Shown: positions 10,598 to 20,461 of the stretch, piece by piece | Layout: every line of letters begins with the position of its first letter | How positions within the stretch are numbered: the stretch's first letter is position 1 | DNA from: Candidatus Sericytochromatia bacterium | Lineage (GTDB): Bacteria > Cyanobacteriota > Sericytochromatia > S15B-MN24 > VGJW01 | Direction of reading: 5' to 3' | NCBI GenBank assembly: GCA_035285865.1 | Contig: JAYKHS010000019.1 | Span: 1-52,144 of the forward strand | Length of the DNA: 52,144 nucleotides | Notes under the pieces: generated by a model | The model's input: the letters and a program-made list of their open reading frames with translations, nothing else | What the model was told of the DNA's origin: nothing | Database searches by the model: none | Program-made: the position numbers and the translations under genes

Positions 10598-11862
10598 CAG
10601 GCCGTCGGCCGGGCCCGTCGTCCGGCAGTTCGGCGCGGGGCGGGAGCTGCCACCAGCGGATCGTCAGGTCCGACGGCTTCGAGCGTGTCCTTGTAGCCCT
10701 GCGCAATGTATTCGCGGAGGAGGGCCGGCTTGAAGAAGCCATCGAACACGCCGCCGGACAGGCCACCCACCGGAGCGATCGGGACCAGGCGCACGACACG
10801 GCGACCGAGGAAGTCGTCGATCCCTTTGAAGCCGGCAGCACGGCAGAGTGCATCATTGCGGTCGGAACGACGCGTCTTGCCCTTCGCATCCTTGTCGAGA
10901 AAGGGGCCAAGCGCCTCGAGTTGCTTGTTCACCCGGACGACCTTGCGATAGTTGGCGATGATGAATCGGCCAGCCATGATGGTCATGACCCTGCCCATCA
11001 TGTTCGGGAGTGTCGGGGCTATCTCGAGATCCTCGGAGAGGATCGTCGGGCCCAGCGAGACAAGGATGGTGTCGACCTCGGGGTCCATCTTGATGGCCCT
11101 GCCGACCGGGGCACAGTCCATCATGCCCCCGTCGACATGGAAGCGGCTCTCTCCCTCCGCGTCCGTCACGGTCCGTGGCGGAAAGACGAAAGGGAACGAA
11201 CTGGAGGCAAGGATGCGGTTGCTGAGGCGGGGCAGGAATTCCTGCCACTCCTCCAGCGTCCGCTGGCGCCAGGTGAAATCCTCGTAGTGGGAGAACCGGG
11301 CGTCGATGTCCATGGTGTCGGTCATGACCGTCGCGCCCTGCAGATTCGTGGTCACCACGCTGAGCGTGACCTCGCGGACGACCTCGGAGACGGGAAACAG
11401 CCGTGAATCCAGAAGTGCCTGAAGAAAGTCGTGGGAGATCAGGGAAGCAAACTCTCCGCGGACGAGTTTCTCGAAAGCCACAAGGGTGTCCCAGCCGATG
11501 CGCGGCAGGTACTGACGGCGCAGCGGGTCAATGCCCAGTCTGCCGAAGATGCTGGCCAGCGACCGCTTGGCGAGGTCCGTGTCCGGTGCGCGCTGGCCAC
11601 CGTCGTAAAGGTTGCGGGCGTTGACCTTGTGCTCCCAGAGCCAGCAGAGATCCTCAGCCACGACTTCCGGCCGGAAATTGCCGTGCGCGATGGCGCTGGC
11701 CGCGAACGTGCCGTTTATGGCTCCGGCGGAGATGCCGACGATGACGTCGGGCGTCACCCGGCGTTCAGCGAGGGCTTGGATGACTCCGGCTTCGTAGGCG
11801 CCTTTGGCCACACCGCCCGTAAGGACCAGCGCGACCTTGCCCATGGGTGACCACCTGTTCAC
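10597..11862 (-). CDS. Patatin-like phospholipase
   Basis: TGGVAKG oxyanion loop, GISAG nucleophile, DGG motif. Confidence 0.9.
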   Translation of the reverse strand: MNRWSPMGKVALVLTGGVAKGAYEAGVIQALAERRVTPDVIVGISAGAINGTFAASAIAHGNFRPEVVAEDLCWLWEHKVNARNLYDGGQRAPDTDLAKRSLASIFGRLGIDPLRRQYLPRIGWDTLVAFEKLVRGEFASLISHDFLQALLDSRLFPVSEVVREVTLSVVTTNLQGATVMTDTMDIDARFSHYEDFTWRQRTLEEWQEFLPRLSNRILASSSFPFVFPPRTVTDAEGESRFHVDGGMMDCAPVGRAIKMDPEVDTILVSLGPTILSEDLEIAPTLPNMMGRVMTIMAGRFIIANYRKVVRVNKQLEALGPFLDKDAKGKTRRSDRNDALCRAAGFKGIDDFLGRRVVRLVPIAPVGGLSGGVFDGFFKPALLREYIAQGYKDTLEAVGPDDPLVAAPAPRRTAGRRARPTA

Positions 11863-12036
11863 GATGTCCGCGGAGCCGGGACCCCGTTGGCCCGGAAGGG
11901 ATGCAACAGGTTGTACCCCAAGACGCGACCCGACGTGGTGATCAGTGCCCTTCCGGCTGACGTCAGAGAGTAGTCTTCACCTTCTTTTAATCTCGCCTTG
12001 GGCGAGAATTCGCCGGTCTCTGCCGACAACCTGCCC

Positions 12037-12609
12037 ATGAACATCCGTGTCTGCCGCTTCCTCGGACTGATGAGCCTCGCCGTCGGGGTGCTCGTGCCCG
12101 GCTGTGGCAAGGTAGACGTGGCGACACAGGTCCCCGTGGGGGGCGGTTTGCCCTCTGGATACAGGCAACCTTCGCAGGCTGCCCCGGTGCAGGCCCCGGT
12201 GGCCTATCCGGGCACGAGCCCGATAGCTGCACCACCGGCCACGACGCCTGTCGCCACTCCCGTGATGCCCATGCCTCGCCTGCTGGCCGCCGTATCCAAG
12301 TTCGACAACGGGGTGGTCTTCGGTTTGCTCGGGACCAAGGTGGCCCACGTCGAGCTGCGCAATCCCACGCAGGTGCCCCTGCGGGCCACGGTCAAGGTTC
12401 AGTTCACGGACAACGGGGCGCCCCTCGCCGACCGGGTCCAGACTCGTGCCGTCGAGGTGGCGCCAGGTTCGGTGCAGACCGTCCAATTCACGGAGAAGTA
12501 TTGGAAAATCGACGGCGCCACGGTTACGGTCGCGGACGAGATGTCCTCTGGCGGAGCCTCCTTGCAGGCACCGGTTCCCGGGATGCCGTCCGGCTATCCG
12601 GGCTACTGA
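12037..12609 (+). CDS. Hypothetical lipoprotein
   Basis: Lipobox-like VPGC after hydrophobic stretch, Pro-rich linker, beta-rich domain. Confidence 0.65.
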   Translation: MNIRVCRFLGLMSLAVGVLVPGCGKVDVATQVPVGGGLPSGYRQPSQAAPVQAPVAYPGTSPIAAPPATTPVATPVMPMPRLLAAVSKFDNGVVFGLLGTKVAHVELRNPTQVPLRATVKVQFTDNGAPLADRVQTRAVEVAPGSVQTVQFTEKYWKIDGATVTVADEMSSGGASLQAPVPGMPSGYPGY

Positions 12610-12677
12610 ATCCGGCGGATGGGGGCACGCGCACCGATGCGCGGCGAACCGGCGACGTTTCGGGTAGGATGGCAGGC

Positions 12678-13337
12678 ATGAAGTTCTTCCTTGATACCGG
12701 CAATGTCGACGAGATTCGCAAGGCGGCCGCCTTGGGCATGCTGGACGGGGTGACCACCAATCCGTCGCTGGTGATGAAGGAAGGACTGGATCACGAGGCT
12801 CTCATCCGCGAGATCGTGAGCATCTGCGATGGACCCGTCAGCGCCGAGGCCATTAGCCTGGATCACGAGGGGATGATGGCCGAGGCGCGTCGGTTCGTGA
12901 CGTGGGCACCCAACGTCGTGGTCAAGTTGCCGCTGACGCCGGAAGGGCTCAAAGCTGTCCGCACGTGTCACTCCGAGGGTATCCGAACCAACGTCACGCT
13001 CTGCTTCAGCGTTAATCAGGCTCTGCTCGCGGCCAAGGCCGGGGCCACGATGGTGAGTCCCTTCGTCGGCCGTGTGGACGATGTCGGCCAGGAAGGCATG
13101 GCGCTGATTGGCGAGATTCTCGAGGTCTACCACAACTACGGTTTCGAGACGGAGGTGCTGGTGGCCTCGGTGCGTCACCCCCAGCATGTCGCCCAAGCCG
13201 CACGACTTGGGGCGCACATCTGCACCATGCCCTTCAAGATCTTGGAGCAGCTCTACCAGCATCCGCTGACGGATGTCGGTATCCAGAAGTTTCTCAAGGA
13301 CTGGGAGTCCCATCGCGCCGCGCGCGCTCAGGGGTGA
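12678..13337 (+). CDS. fsa: Transaldolase / fructose-6-phosphate aldolase family
   Basis: [40 protein letters not shown]. Confidence 0.92.
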   Translation: MKFFLDTGNVDEIRKAAALGMLDGVTTNPSLVMKEGLDHEALIREIVSICDGPVSAEAISLDHEGMMAEARRFVTWAPNVVVKLPLTPEGLKAVRTCHSEGIRTNVTLCFSVNQALLAAKAGATMVSPFVGRVDDVGQEGMALIGEILEVYHNYGFETEVLVASVRHPQHVAQAARLGAHICTMPFKILEQLYQHPLTDVGIQKFLKDWESHRAARAQG

Positions 13338-13414
13338 CGCGGCGTAGCGGATTCGCTCGCGCTCGGTGACGCACGTACCTGCGCGCCTTCGGTGCGTGGG
13401 TGCAAGCTGCAGCC

Positions 13415-13861
13415 ATGTTGCACGTCATCTGTGGTGTGGCTCGGACCGGACGAATCCAGTTGCCCTTGGAGCTGCTCACCCCGGATGGGGCAGAGTGCTA
13501 CAAGGGTGTTTCTGCAGAAATGGACGCGCAGGGCCTTGTCTTCATCGCCCATGTCCCGGTGACGTGGCATGGCTTCGAGCCGATGCAGTTGCGGCTGCCG
13601 GCACCCGATGGCCTCCTGACCGTCCTGGTGCATCGTGAGATGTGCGGCCACGCCAGGGTTTGGCGTCTTGACTTCGTCGCGGGACAGGAGGATCTCCTGG
13701 CTCCGTACCTGGCCTTGCTTCTGCCCAGGGGCGAAAGGGCTACGGGCAGGACGACGCGTCGTATCACGGAACCCCGTCGTGACGAGGCTGCGACGATTCG
13801 CAGAATGCTGCGCCGGGTGGCCGACTCCGTACGCATGGACCGCGCGACGACGGCTGTTTGA
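13415..13861 (+). CDS. Hypothetical protein, possibly degenerate PilZ-like fold
   Basis: ORF fills the gap between fsa and the M23 gene; G.S.EMD..GL resembles the PilZ D/NxSxxG motif. Confidence 0.5.
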   Translation: MLHVICGVARTGRIQLPLELLTPDGAECYKGVSAEMDAQGLVFIAHVPVTWHGFEPMQLRLPAPDGLLTVLVHREMCGHARVWRLDFVAGQEDLLAPYLALLLPRGERATGRTTRRITEPRRDEAATIRRMLRRVADSVRMDRATTAV

Positions 13862-13867
13862 CGAGAT

Positions 13868-13884
13868 GTTAGCTTTCTGCTAAC
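13868..13884. promoter_or_regulatory. Palindrome GTTAGC-N5-GCTAAC upstream of M23 peptidase (candidate operator)
   Basis: Perfect 6-bp inverted repeat in an intergenic region. Confidence 0.35.
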
Positions 13885-13939
13885 TTGGCGTGTCCGTTCG
13901 GGCTGCCCACTGAGTGGCGTGCCCGCGAAAATCCCGACA

Positions 13940-15258
13940 TGCAAGCTTCGACACAGTGCCGCCCAGCCGAACTCGACGAGTTGCCGGTCATGGCGGCGAT
14001 TCGTTATCATAATGCTGCCGATGCGTCCGTGCCGCTTAATCTGGCCGGCTTGAGCCGTTCCGGTAGCCGGCCCCACGGAGGCTTGCTTGGTTCCGGGCGC
14101 CTGTTCTTCAGGGGGCGTTGGCGTCCACCTGTGGCCCGCACCGCAGTGCCGCTCGCACCGGCTCAGGAAGTTGCTTCGGGCGACCTGCCGGTGTTCCGGA
14201 CTCATGGTGACTGGCGTGCCGTGCGTGCGCGCCGCCAGCAGCAGGACCGTCTTGCCGCGTGGGTGGGGGCCGGATTGGCCGGTTCGGTCGTAGTTGCCCT
14301 TCTGGCCAAGGGCCTGCTGGGCGATGGTGCGTCCCGGAGCGTGATCCCCGAGGTGCCACCGTCCGCTGCTGCAGGGGCGGTCCAGTCAGAGGCTGAGGGT
14401 GCCGTGCCTTCCGCTCCGGCTGGAACCCTGTCCGGCCCGAAGGCTGGAGACGTATCGCGACCGGTTCCGCCGCCCCTGCCTGCGGTTCGGGCGGATCAGG
14501 TGTCCTCCGACATGCTCAAGCCGCGCAAGGTGGTCCTGCGTCCGCGCGATACCGCAGAGCGCATTGCCCGTCGGTTCGGCCTCAAGGTGCGGACGATTCA
14601 TTTGGCCAACAACATCAACGGTCGCACGATCCTGCGCGTCGGTCGCGTCCTGACGGTACCGCCGGCAGATGGTTTCTACCACACCGTATCCCGTGGCGAG
14701 TCGCTGCCCGCCCTTCTGCGGCGCCACAAGATCACGCGTGAGGCCTTCCTTCGCTATAATCCGGGCTTCCGCCGCCTCAAGTCGGCCTCGGTGGTCTTCG
14801 TTCCCAGCCTTGAAGGTACGGAGCCGGTCAGGCCGCGTCGTTTGACGGTGGCTCATCGGGGACTGTTCGAGGACCTTGGCCGCGCTGTCGGCGACGCCTT
14901 CCGGTGGCCCATGGGTCGTCACTCCGTATCGAGCGGGTTCGGGCCGCGGGGCGCACACTACCATCCGGGCATCGACATCACCTCACCTGTCGGGACTCCG
15001 ATTCGGGCGGCTCGCAGCGGTGTCGTCGTCAGCACTGGCTGGGAAGGTGCCTACGGCAAGATGGTCGAGATCGATCACGGTGGCGGCGTTCGGACCCGAT
15101 ATGCTCACGCCAGTCGCATTCACGTCGCACCCGGCGAACGCGTGGACGCAGGCGACGTGATTGCCAACGTTGGCATGACGGGCCGCACGACTGGCCCCCA
15201 TCTGCACTACGAAGTCCGGATCAACGGTCGCGCGGTCAATCCGCGCCGTTTCCACTAG
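13940..15258 (+). CDS. M23 peptidoglycan endopeptidase with two LysM-like domains (start uncertain, 13885-14131)
   Basis: TM helix, two LysM-like repeats, HPGID and TGPHLHYE motifs. Confidence 0.88.
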
Positions 15259-15647
15259 GCCTCCCCGAGTTTTGCCCGGCAGGGCGCAAGCGCCTCGGCC
15301 ACGTCACGGGCCCGGAACGGCTTGAGCAGGATGCCGTGGGCTCCGGCCTGCCGTGCGGCTCTCCGTTGGTCCTCGGACACGGAGGCCGTGTGTGCGAGCA
15401 CCCGCAGTTCCGGCAGTTCGGGATGCTGGACCAGGCGCCTGATGAGCTCGACACCATCGAAGCTGCTGCCGCGAAGCTTGAGGTCGACAAGCGCAGCAAT
15501 GGGACGAGGGCTCTGCAGGGCAAGTTCCAGCCCTGCCTCGGCGGTTCCGGCCGTCATGGCCTCGTACCCCAGTGCTTCGACAATCATGCTCAGGGCCTGA
15601 AGCGTGATGGTTTCGTCCTCGACAATGATGACGCGTGCAGTCGTCAC
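15255..15647 (-). CDS. Single-domain response regulator
   Basis: IVEDE, LVDLKL phospho-acceptor, LKPF. Confidence 0.9.
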   Translation of the reverse strand: MTTARVIIVEDETITLQALSMIVEALGYEAMTAGTAEAGLELALQSPRPIAALVDLKLRGSSFDGVELIRRLVQHPELPELRVLAHTASVSEDQRRAARQAGAHGILLKPFRARDVAEALAPCRAKLGEA

Positions 15648-17641
15648 GCCGATTCGCTCCGAAAGGGCACGTAGGCACCGCTGATCCTGTCCGTGGGCGT
15701 TCGTTCAGAAGTCGGGCCGGCGAGCGGAAGCATCAAATCGACGGTCGTGCCTGTGCCCTCGATGGACTTGATGCTGACTTTGCCGTTCATCAGCTCTGTC
15801 AAGTGGCGCACGATGTTCAGCCCGATTCCTGCACCGGCGAAAGCTTTGGTGGACGATCCGTCGACTTGATAGAACCGCTCGAAGAGGTGGGGCAGGGCCT
15901 GGGCCGGGATGCCGATGCCCTCGTCGCAGACGGAAAGTACGGCATAGTCGCTGTCCCGGCGTGCGCGGACCACGATGCTGCGGCCATCCGGAGTGAACTT
16001 CAGGGCATTGGAGAGCAGGTTGCGCAGGATCTGAGCCAACCGATCCCCGTCGGCAAGGATCTCCGGTAGTTCGGGCTCGATGGCGGAAGTCAGGCGTTGC
16101 GCACGCTGGGCTGCAAGGGGTCGCATGGCAGCCACGACCCCCTCGATGAGGTCTCTGGGATCCAGTGCCTCCGTATGGAGTGCGAGGACCCCCGATTCAA
16201 GGCGGTTGAGGTCCAGTAGGTCATCCACGAGACGCGTCAGACGGTCTGCACCCTCCAGCATGAACCCCACGGCCTCGAGTTGCGCCGGCGTCAGGTGACC
16301 CAGCAGTCCATCCTCGAGACTCGAACCGTACGCGGTGATGAACGTGATCGGCGTGCGCAGCTCGTGGCTGACGTTGGCGAGAAAGTCCGATTGCAAGGCA
16401 TCCAGCCGCCGCAGTTCGTTCACCAGACTCGTCAGGCGCTCGTTGGCTTCCTCGAGTGCCAACCCGCGTTCCTGCAGGCTGGCGTTGGCGTCCTCCAAGG
16501 CGCTCGTCCGCTCATGCACGAGGCTCTCCAGGCGTTCGTTGGCTTGGGCCAACTGCTGGAACTGAGCGTGGATGCGCGCCGTCAAGCTGGCATAGGCGGT
16601 TTCGAGTTGCCGATATTCGACGACACCTACGGGTGCGGACGGCATTGTGTCCGGGGGTGCAGGTGGTGAGGCTGCCGCGAGGTCCATCCTGCGTGCCAGA
16701 TCCTCGAGCGGCTCCAATAGCCAGCGGCCCGTCCAGAGTGCAAGCAGGAGGCTCAGGATACCCGAGAGCACGATCGTCAGGAGTGTCGCGCGCAGGTCGC
16801 GCAGGACGGGTGATCCGATGGAGGTCGCCGGATGCGTGACCACGAGCCCCCAGCCCGTGTCGCCGATGTGCCGGTAGGCTCCTAGCCGTTCCTCACCGTC
16901 CACGAGGTCCCCGAAGAACGTCGACACATACTTCACCGTTCCGTCACGGCCGGAGAGCAGCAGGCTGACCGGTTCCAGATTCTGCAGGTTTCGCCCCGGC
17001 CGGAAGTTCTGTGCGGCGATGAGGGTGCCTCTTTGATCGACGAAAAACGTGTAGAACGGGTCCTTCGACCGCGTTTCGCTGATGAATTCCTGAAGGAGGA
17101 ACTCGAGGCGAAGGACGAGCCTGTACGCCCCGGTCACCTGCCCGTCGATGTTCATCAGGGGCACGCAGAGGGACACGATCGGGCGCTTCAGGCGCTTCGA
17201 GGCGATGTATCCGCTTGCCTGGGCTCGCTTCATGCGGATGGCTGTTTGCGCAAGGCCCCGATCCGATTCCTCGTCCACATCCTGACCCGCGAGGGATGAG
17301 GCGATGAGTCTGCCTTTCATGTCCAGCACGTCGATGGCGGCAAGGACCGGTAGCTCGTCTACGAGATGTCGCAAGACTCCCGGCGTGCGGCGTTCTCGAG
17401 GAGACATGCCTTCGATGGCGTGTCGGGCCTGAGCCAAGGCGAAGACGAGGTAACGTTCCGCCAGCCTTGCGGTACCGCTGGCCTGTGCCAAGCTGGCCCC
17501 TTCTATCCGGGAAAGTTCACGCCGATGCTGCTGGATGGTGGCGTAGCTGGAGAGCCCGAGGGGCACAAGCATCGCCCCGAGCAACAGCAGGAAGAGCCAC
17601 AGTCGGAGCGGGCGCCCGCGAATCGGACGCAGCAGACTCAC
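15644..17641 (-). CDS. Membrane sensor histidine kinase (Cache-like sensor, HisKA, HATPase)
   Basis: Two TM helices, SHELRTP, NLLSNALKF, DEGIG, GAGIGL; GTG start at 17641 overlaps small-ORF stop. Confidence 0.92.
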   Translation of the reverse strand: MSLLRPIRGRPLRLWLFLLLLGAMLVPLGLSSYATIQQHRRELSRIEGASLAQASGTARLAERYLVFALAQARHAIEGMSPRERRTPGVLRHLVDELPVLAAIDVLDMKGRLIASSLAGQDVDEESDRGLAQTAIRMKRAQASGYIASKRLKRPIVSLCVPLMNIDGQVTGAYRLVLRLEFLLQEFISETRSKDPFYTFFVDQRGTLIAAQNFRPGRNLQNLEPVSLLLSGRDGTVKYVSTFFGDLVDGEERLGAYRHIGDTGWGLVVTHPATSIGSPVLRDLRATLLTIVLSGILSLLLALWTGRWLLEPLEDLARRMDLAAASPPAPPDTMPSAPVGVVEYRQLETAYASLTARIHAQFQQLAQANERLESLVHERTSALEDANASLQERGLALEEANERLTSLVNELRRLDALQSDFLANVSHELRTPITFITAYGSSLEDGLLGHLTPAQLEAVGFMLEGADRLTRLVDDLLDLNRLESGVLALHTEALDPRDLIEGVVAAMRPLAAQRAQRLTSAIEPELPEILADGDRLAQILRNLLSNALKFTPDGRSIVVRARRDSDYAVLSVCDEGIGIPAQALPHLFERFYQVDGSSTKAFAGAGIGLNIVRHLTELMNGKVSIKSIEGTGTTVDLMLPLAGPTSERTPTDRISGAYVPFRSESA

Positions 17642-17796
17642 GACGGACGGGGCAGCTGTTCGGGCAACTGGATCCGGAGTACGCCGCGCGCCACATGGCG
17701 AACGCCGCCCCGAGCCGCCACGCGGCGGCGGAACCTGGCTTTCAGGTTGCGGGAGGCAATGGGACGGGTGCGGATGAGCGGCGTTGGTGCGGCCAT
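17638..17796 (-). CDS. 52-aa Arg-rich small protein
   Basis: GGAG SD before ATG 17796; stop overlaps kinase start (GTGA). Confidence 0.55.
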   Translation of the reverse strand: MAAPTPLIRTRPIASRNLKARFRRRVAARGGVRHVARGVLRIQLPEQLPRPS

Positions 17797-17860
17797 GGAT
17801 TCTCCGTATGCGTGGCCCTTGTTCAGGAGCCAGCACTCCCATACCCACTGCCGAGTAATG

Positions 17861-18622
17861 TCAGCGTTGTTCTGAGCGTATGGCTGCGGCTTGACGCAAC
17901 TGCTCCCAGTGAAGGACGGGATGGTCCGAGCCGAACGCGTCGACGCCGGCACCGGAGAGTCTCAGGCAGTCCTCCAGATTGCGGGCAGTCCACGCCATCA
18001 CGGCCAACCCCGCAGCGCGACAGGAAGCCAGCTCTGCCGTCTCGATCCGATCCGCGCGCGGCCACCAGGCGTCCGCATCCAGCTCCGCCGTTCTACGGTA
18101 GGCGCCCGGTCCGGGGTTGTCCTCGAGCAGCCCCAAGGGCACGTCAGGCAGGCGGTCGCGCAGCATCCCGACGATGGCAGGGTCGAAGCTGATGACCATG
18201 AGGTCCCTCGGGGCGGGAGCCTGAAACAGGATCCGGGCAAGGTCCTCGAGCGCATCCTCCTCATGGCTGGGTGCCGGCTTGACCTCGATCACGAGGCTCC
18301 GGTCCGGGCCGGTCGCGGCGAGCACGGCCTCCAGGGTCGGGGGAGGCTCGACGGGCCACGCCCTTGGCTCGCGCCACGCAAGGTCGGCCACGGCGATGTC
18401 CAGTCCGTGGGTTCGGGCAAGGGTGGCGTCGTGGATGACCAGCCAGATCCCGTCTGCAGTCCGCCGGACGTCACATTCGACGACGGTCAGGCCTTGTTCC
18501 CACGCTTGCACGAAGGCGGCAAGGCTATTTTCACCGTGTCCCGCCGTCTTGCCCAGGCCGCGATGGCCGATGACGACCGGTTGCGCTGCCAGCTCAGGAA
18601 GCCAGCCTGGGCGGCGTTTCAC
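17861..18622 (-). CDS. Glycerophosphodiester phosphodiesterase
   Basis: IGHRG, ENS, VECDV, IHD, IEVK, VISFD, AWT. Confidence 0.9.
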   Translation of the reverse strand: MKRRPGWLPELAAQPVVIGHRGLGKTAGHGENSLAAFVQAWEQGLTVVECDVRRTADGIWLVIHDATLARTHGLDIAVADLAWREPRAWPVEPPPTLEAVLAATGPDRSLVIEVKPAPSHEEDALEDLARILFQAPAPRDLMVISFDPAIVGMLRDRLPDVPLGLLEDNPGPGAYRRTAELDADAWWPRADRIETAELASCRAAGLAVMAWTARNLEDCLRLSGAGVDAFGSDHPVLHWEQLRQAAAIRSEQR

Positions 18623-19581
18623 GCCTTGGCCACTGTCCGGACATCCTCCGGGGCGAGCGGGACCTCGAGGGCACGGAAATTCTCCTCGACCTGGGCCACG
18701 CTCTTGCAGCCGACGGATACGGACGTGACGGCCGGATGCAGGAGCGGGAACTGCAGCGCGGCCTGGGCCAGGGTCCTGCCGGGTTGCTCCAGGCGGCGCC
18801 AAGAAGCTGCCTCCCGGGCACGTTCCGCCACATACTGGGCCGGCCAGAGGTGGCGAATGTCCCCGTGGGCCCAGCGATGAAAGCCCTCCGTCCGGCCAGC
18901 GAGGAAACCGTTGGCGAGGGCTTCGCGCACGATGATGCCGACCCCGGCAAGTCTCGCCTCCTCGAGGAGGCGATCCTCGGCTGCACGATGCAGGAGGTTG
19001 TAGGGAACGAGCAGGAAGGACGGGGCTCCCGTCGCGATGGCATCGAGGCCCTCCTGCATCTGGTGGATGGACACGCCGTAGTGTCGGATCAGGCCTTCCT
19101 GCCGAAGCATCTCCAGCGTCTCGTACAACCGGACGTCGCCGATGACCTGCGGGGGCGGGTTGTGCAGGATGTAGCAGTCGAGAACATCCCGACGCAGGCG
19201 CCGCAGACTCTTCTCGAGGGCAAAGCGGATGTAGCTGGGGTAGAAGTTGAGCTTGACGGTATCCAACTGGCTGTAGAAATCCGCTCCGACCTTCGTGCAG
19301 AAGCGGACTTCAGGGCGGTTTCCGAGGATCTCGCCGATCAACTGCTCGGAATGGCCGTGGCCATAGACATCGGCCGTTTCGACGAAGCGACAGCCCAACT
19401 CCCAGGCGCGCTCGAGGGCCCGACGGCTTTCGTCGTCATCCGTCGGGCCATAGGAATTGCCGTGATCGTTACCGCCGATCGCCCAGCCCCCGAACGAGAA
19501 CACGGGCAACGCGAGCCCCGTGCGACCCAGGGTTCGTGTCGGCAGGTCTGCCGTCCTCGCGCCTTCTGCTGCCTCGCTCAT
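18619..19581 (-). CDS. Aldo/keto reductase
   Basis: RTLGRTGL, ETADVYG, EKSLRRL, LHNP, YNLL. Confidence 0.92.
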   Translation of the reverse strand: MSEAAEGARTADLPTRTLGRTGLALPVFSFGGWAIGGNDHGNSYGPTDDDESRRALERAWELGCRFVETADVYGHGHSEQLIGEILGNRPEVRFCTKVGADFYSQLDTVKLNFYPSYIRFALEKSLRRLRRDVLDCYILHNPPPQVIGDVRLYETLEMLRQEGLIRHYGVSIHQMQEGLDAIATGAPSFLLVPYNLLHRAAEDRLLEEARLAGVGIIVREALANGFLAGRTEGFHRWAHGDIRHLWPAQYVAERAREAASWRRLEQPGRTLAQAALQFPLLHPAVTSVSVGCKSVAQVEENFRALEVPLAPEDVRTVAKA

Positions 19582-19612
19582 GGATGCCATGGTACCTTGG
19601 GCGCCGCTCGTG

Positions 19613-20461
19613 TCAGACCGACGGTGCGGATCGGATGATGGCCAAGGCTCTGCCCGACCGGATACCGTCTCGCCGATACGAGAACCACGTGTCCGCTCCG
19701 CACAGCGTGCACTGGCCCAGATCGTGGATTTGCCCGGGGGGTACGCCTGCGGCACGCAACTGGGCACGGGCGACGACGGCAGGCGAAACTCTGGCTCGTC
19801 CGTGCGTTCGGTCCAGCCAAGGTGCCGAACCGGTGGTGTCTTCGGGCTTTGTGCCGCCGGTGTTCCGGAGTGCCTGATCCAGCGCCTCGACGACCTCGTC
19901 GCCGACTTCATAGCAGCAGCTTCTTGCCGAAGCCCCGATGGCCACCGTGAGGCTTCCGGGTCTGATGCCGAATGCCTTCGCGGCCCGGTCGATGGTCGCC
20001 TGAACCACGCCAGCCGCAGTACCGCGCCATCCCGCATGGATGGCGAGGACCAGGCCTGCGGGGCGGCCATCCGTCGGATGCGGTCCCCAGGCCAGCAGCG
20101 GCGTGCAGTCTGCCACTCCCACGGCAATCGTAATGCCCGGTGTCGCCGTGATCAGCGCATCAGCTCGAGTTCCGGCCGGAATCGTGGCGGAATCGTCCAC
20201 GATGCAGACGGCAGTGCCGTGTACCTGGTCCACCGTAAGCCAGGGCTCGCTGAGGCACAGGTCCTTCCGGATACGGCGCAGATTTTCAGCCACGTGTTCG
20301 GCTGCATCCCCATGGCGCGTGCTGACATTCAGACTGTCGAAGGGGGGCTCGGAAACCCCGCCCGAGCGGGTCGTGAAGCCATGGACCGGCACTTCTGGAC
20401 CGCCCCACGAAAAGAGTCGGCCGCCCGGACTCCGGACCCATCCGGCCGGGATGACGGGCAT
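19613..20461 (-). CDS. pgeF: YfiH/PgeF family protein (peptidoglycan editing factor / purine nucleoside phosphorylase)
   Basis: FTTRSGGVS, QVHG, ADC, HAGWRG, CCYEVG, CT...FSYRR. Confidence 0.92.
   Translation of the reverse strand: MPVIPAGWVRSPGGRLFSWGGPEVPVHGFTTRSGGVSEPPFDSLNVSTRHGDAAEHVAENLRRIRKDLCLSEPWLTVDQVHGTAVCIVDDSATIPAGTRADALITATPGITIAVGVADCTPLLAWGPHPTDGRPAGLVLAIHAGWRGTAAGVVQATIDRAAKAFGIRPGSLTVAIGASARSCCYEVGDEVVEALDQALRNTGGTKPEDTTGSAPWLDRTHGRARVSPAVVARAQLRAAGVPPGQIHDLGQCTLCGADTWFSYRRDGIRSGRALAIIRSAPSV

Noticed and set aside
11866..11930. SRP RNA-like hairpin (CCCCG..GGCCCGGAAGGG..GCA)
   Set aside because: Has the GGAA loop but lacks the conserved CAGG/AGCA symmetric internal loop of SRP helix 8.
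11859..12110. 83-aa minus-strand ORF ending on the patatin start
   Set aside because: Overlaps the start of the divergent lipoprotein, has no SD, and crosses an AT-rich promoter-like segment.
13868..13884. CIRCE (HrcA) element
   Set aside because: Only TTAGC/GCTAA match; spacing and the ACTC/GAGT core of TTAGCACTC-N9-GAGTGCTAA are missing.
14030..14085. c-di-AMP (ydaO) riboswitch-like start CGCTTAATCT upstream of the M23 domain
   Set aside because: Downstream conserved elements (GGGGGACCC, GGGGTGAATC, GTCAGCTAAC) are absent.
17644..17860. Possible 6S RNA between GDPD and the kinase
   Set aside because: No long closing stem or central bubble seen; better explained by the 52-aa ORF with SD and coupled stop.
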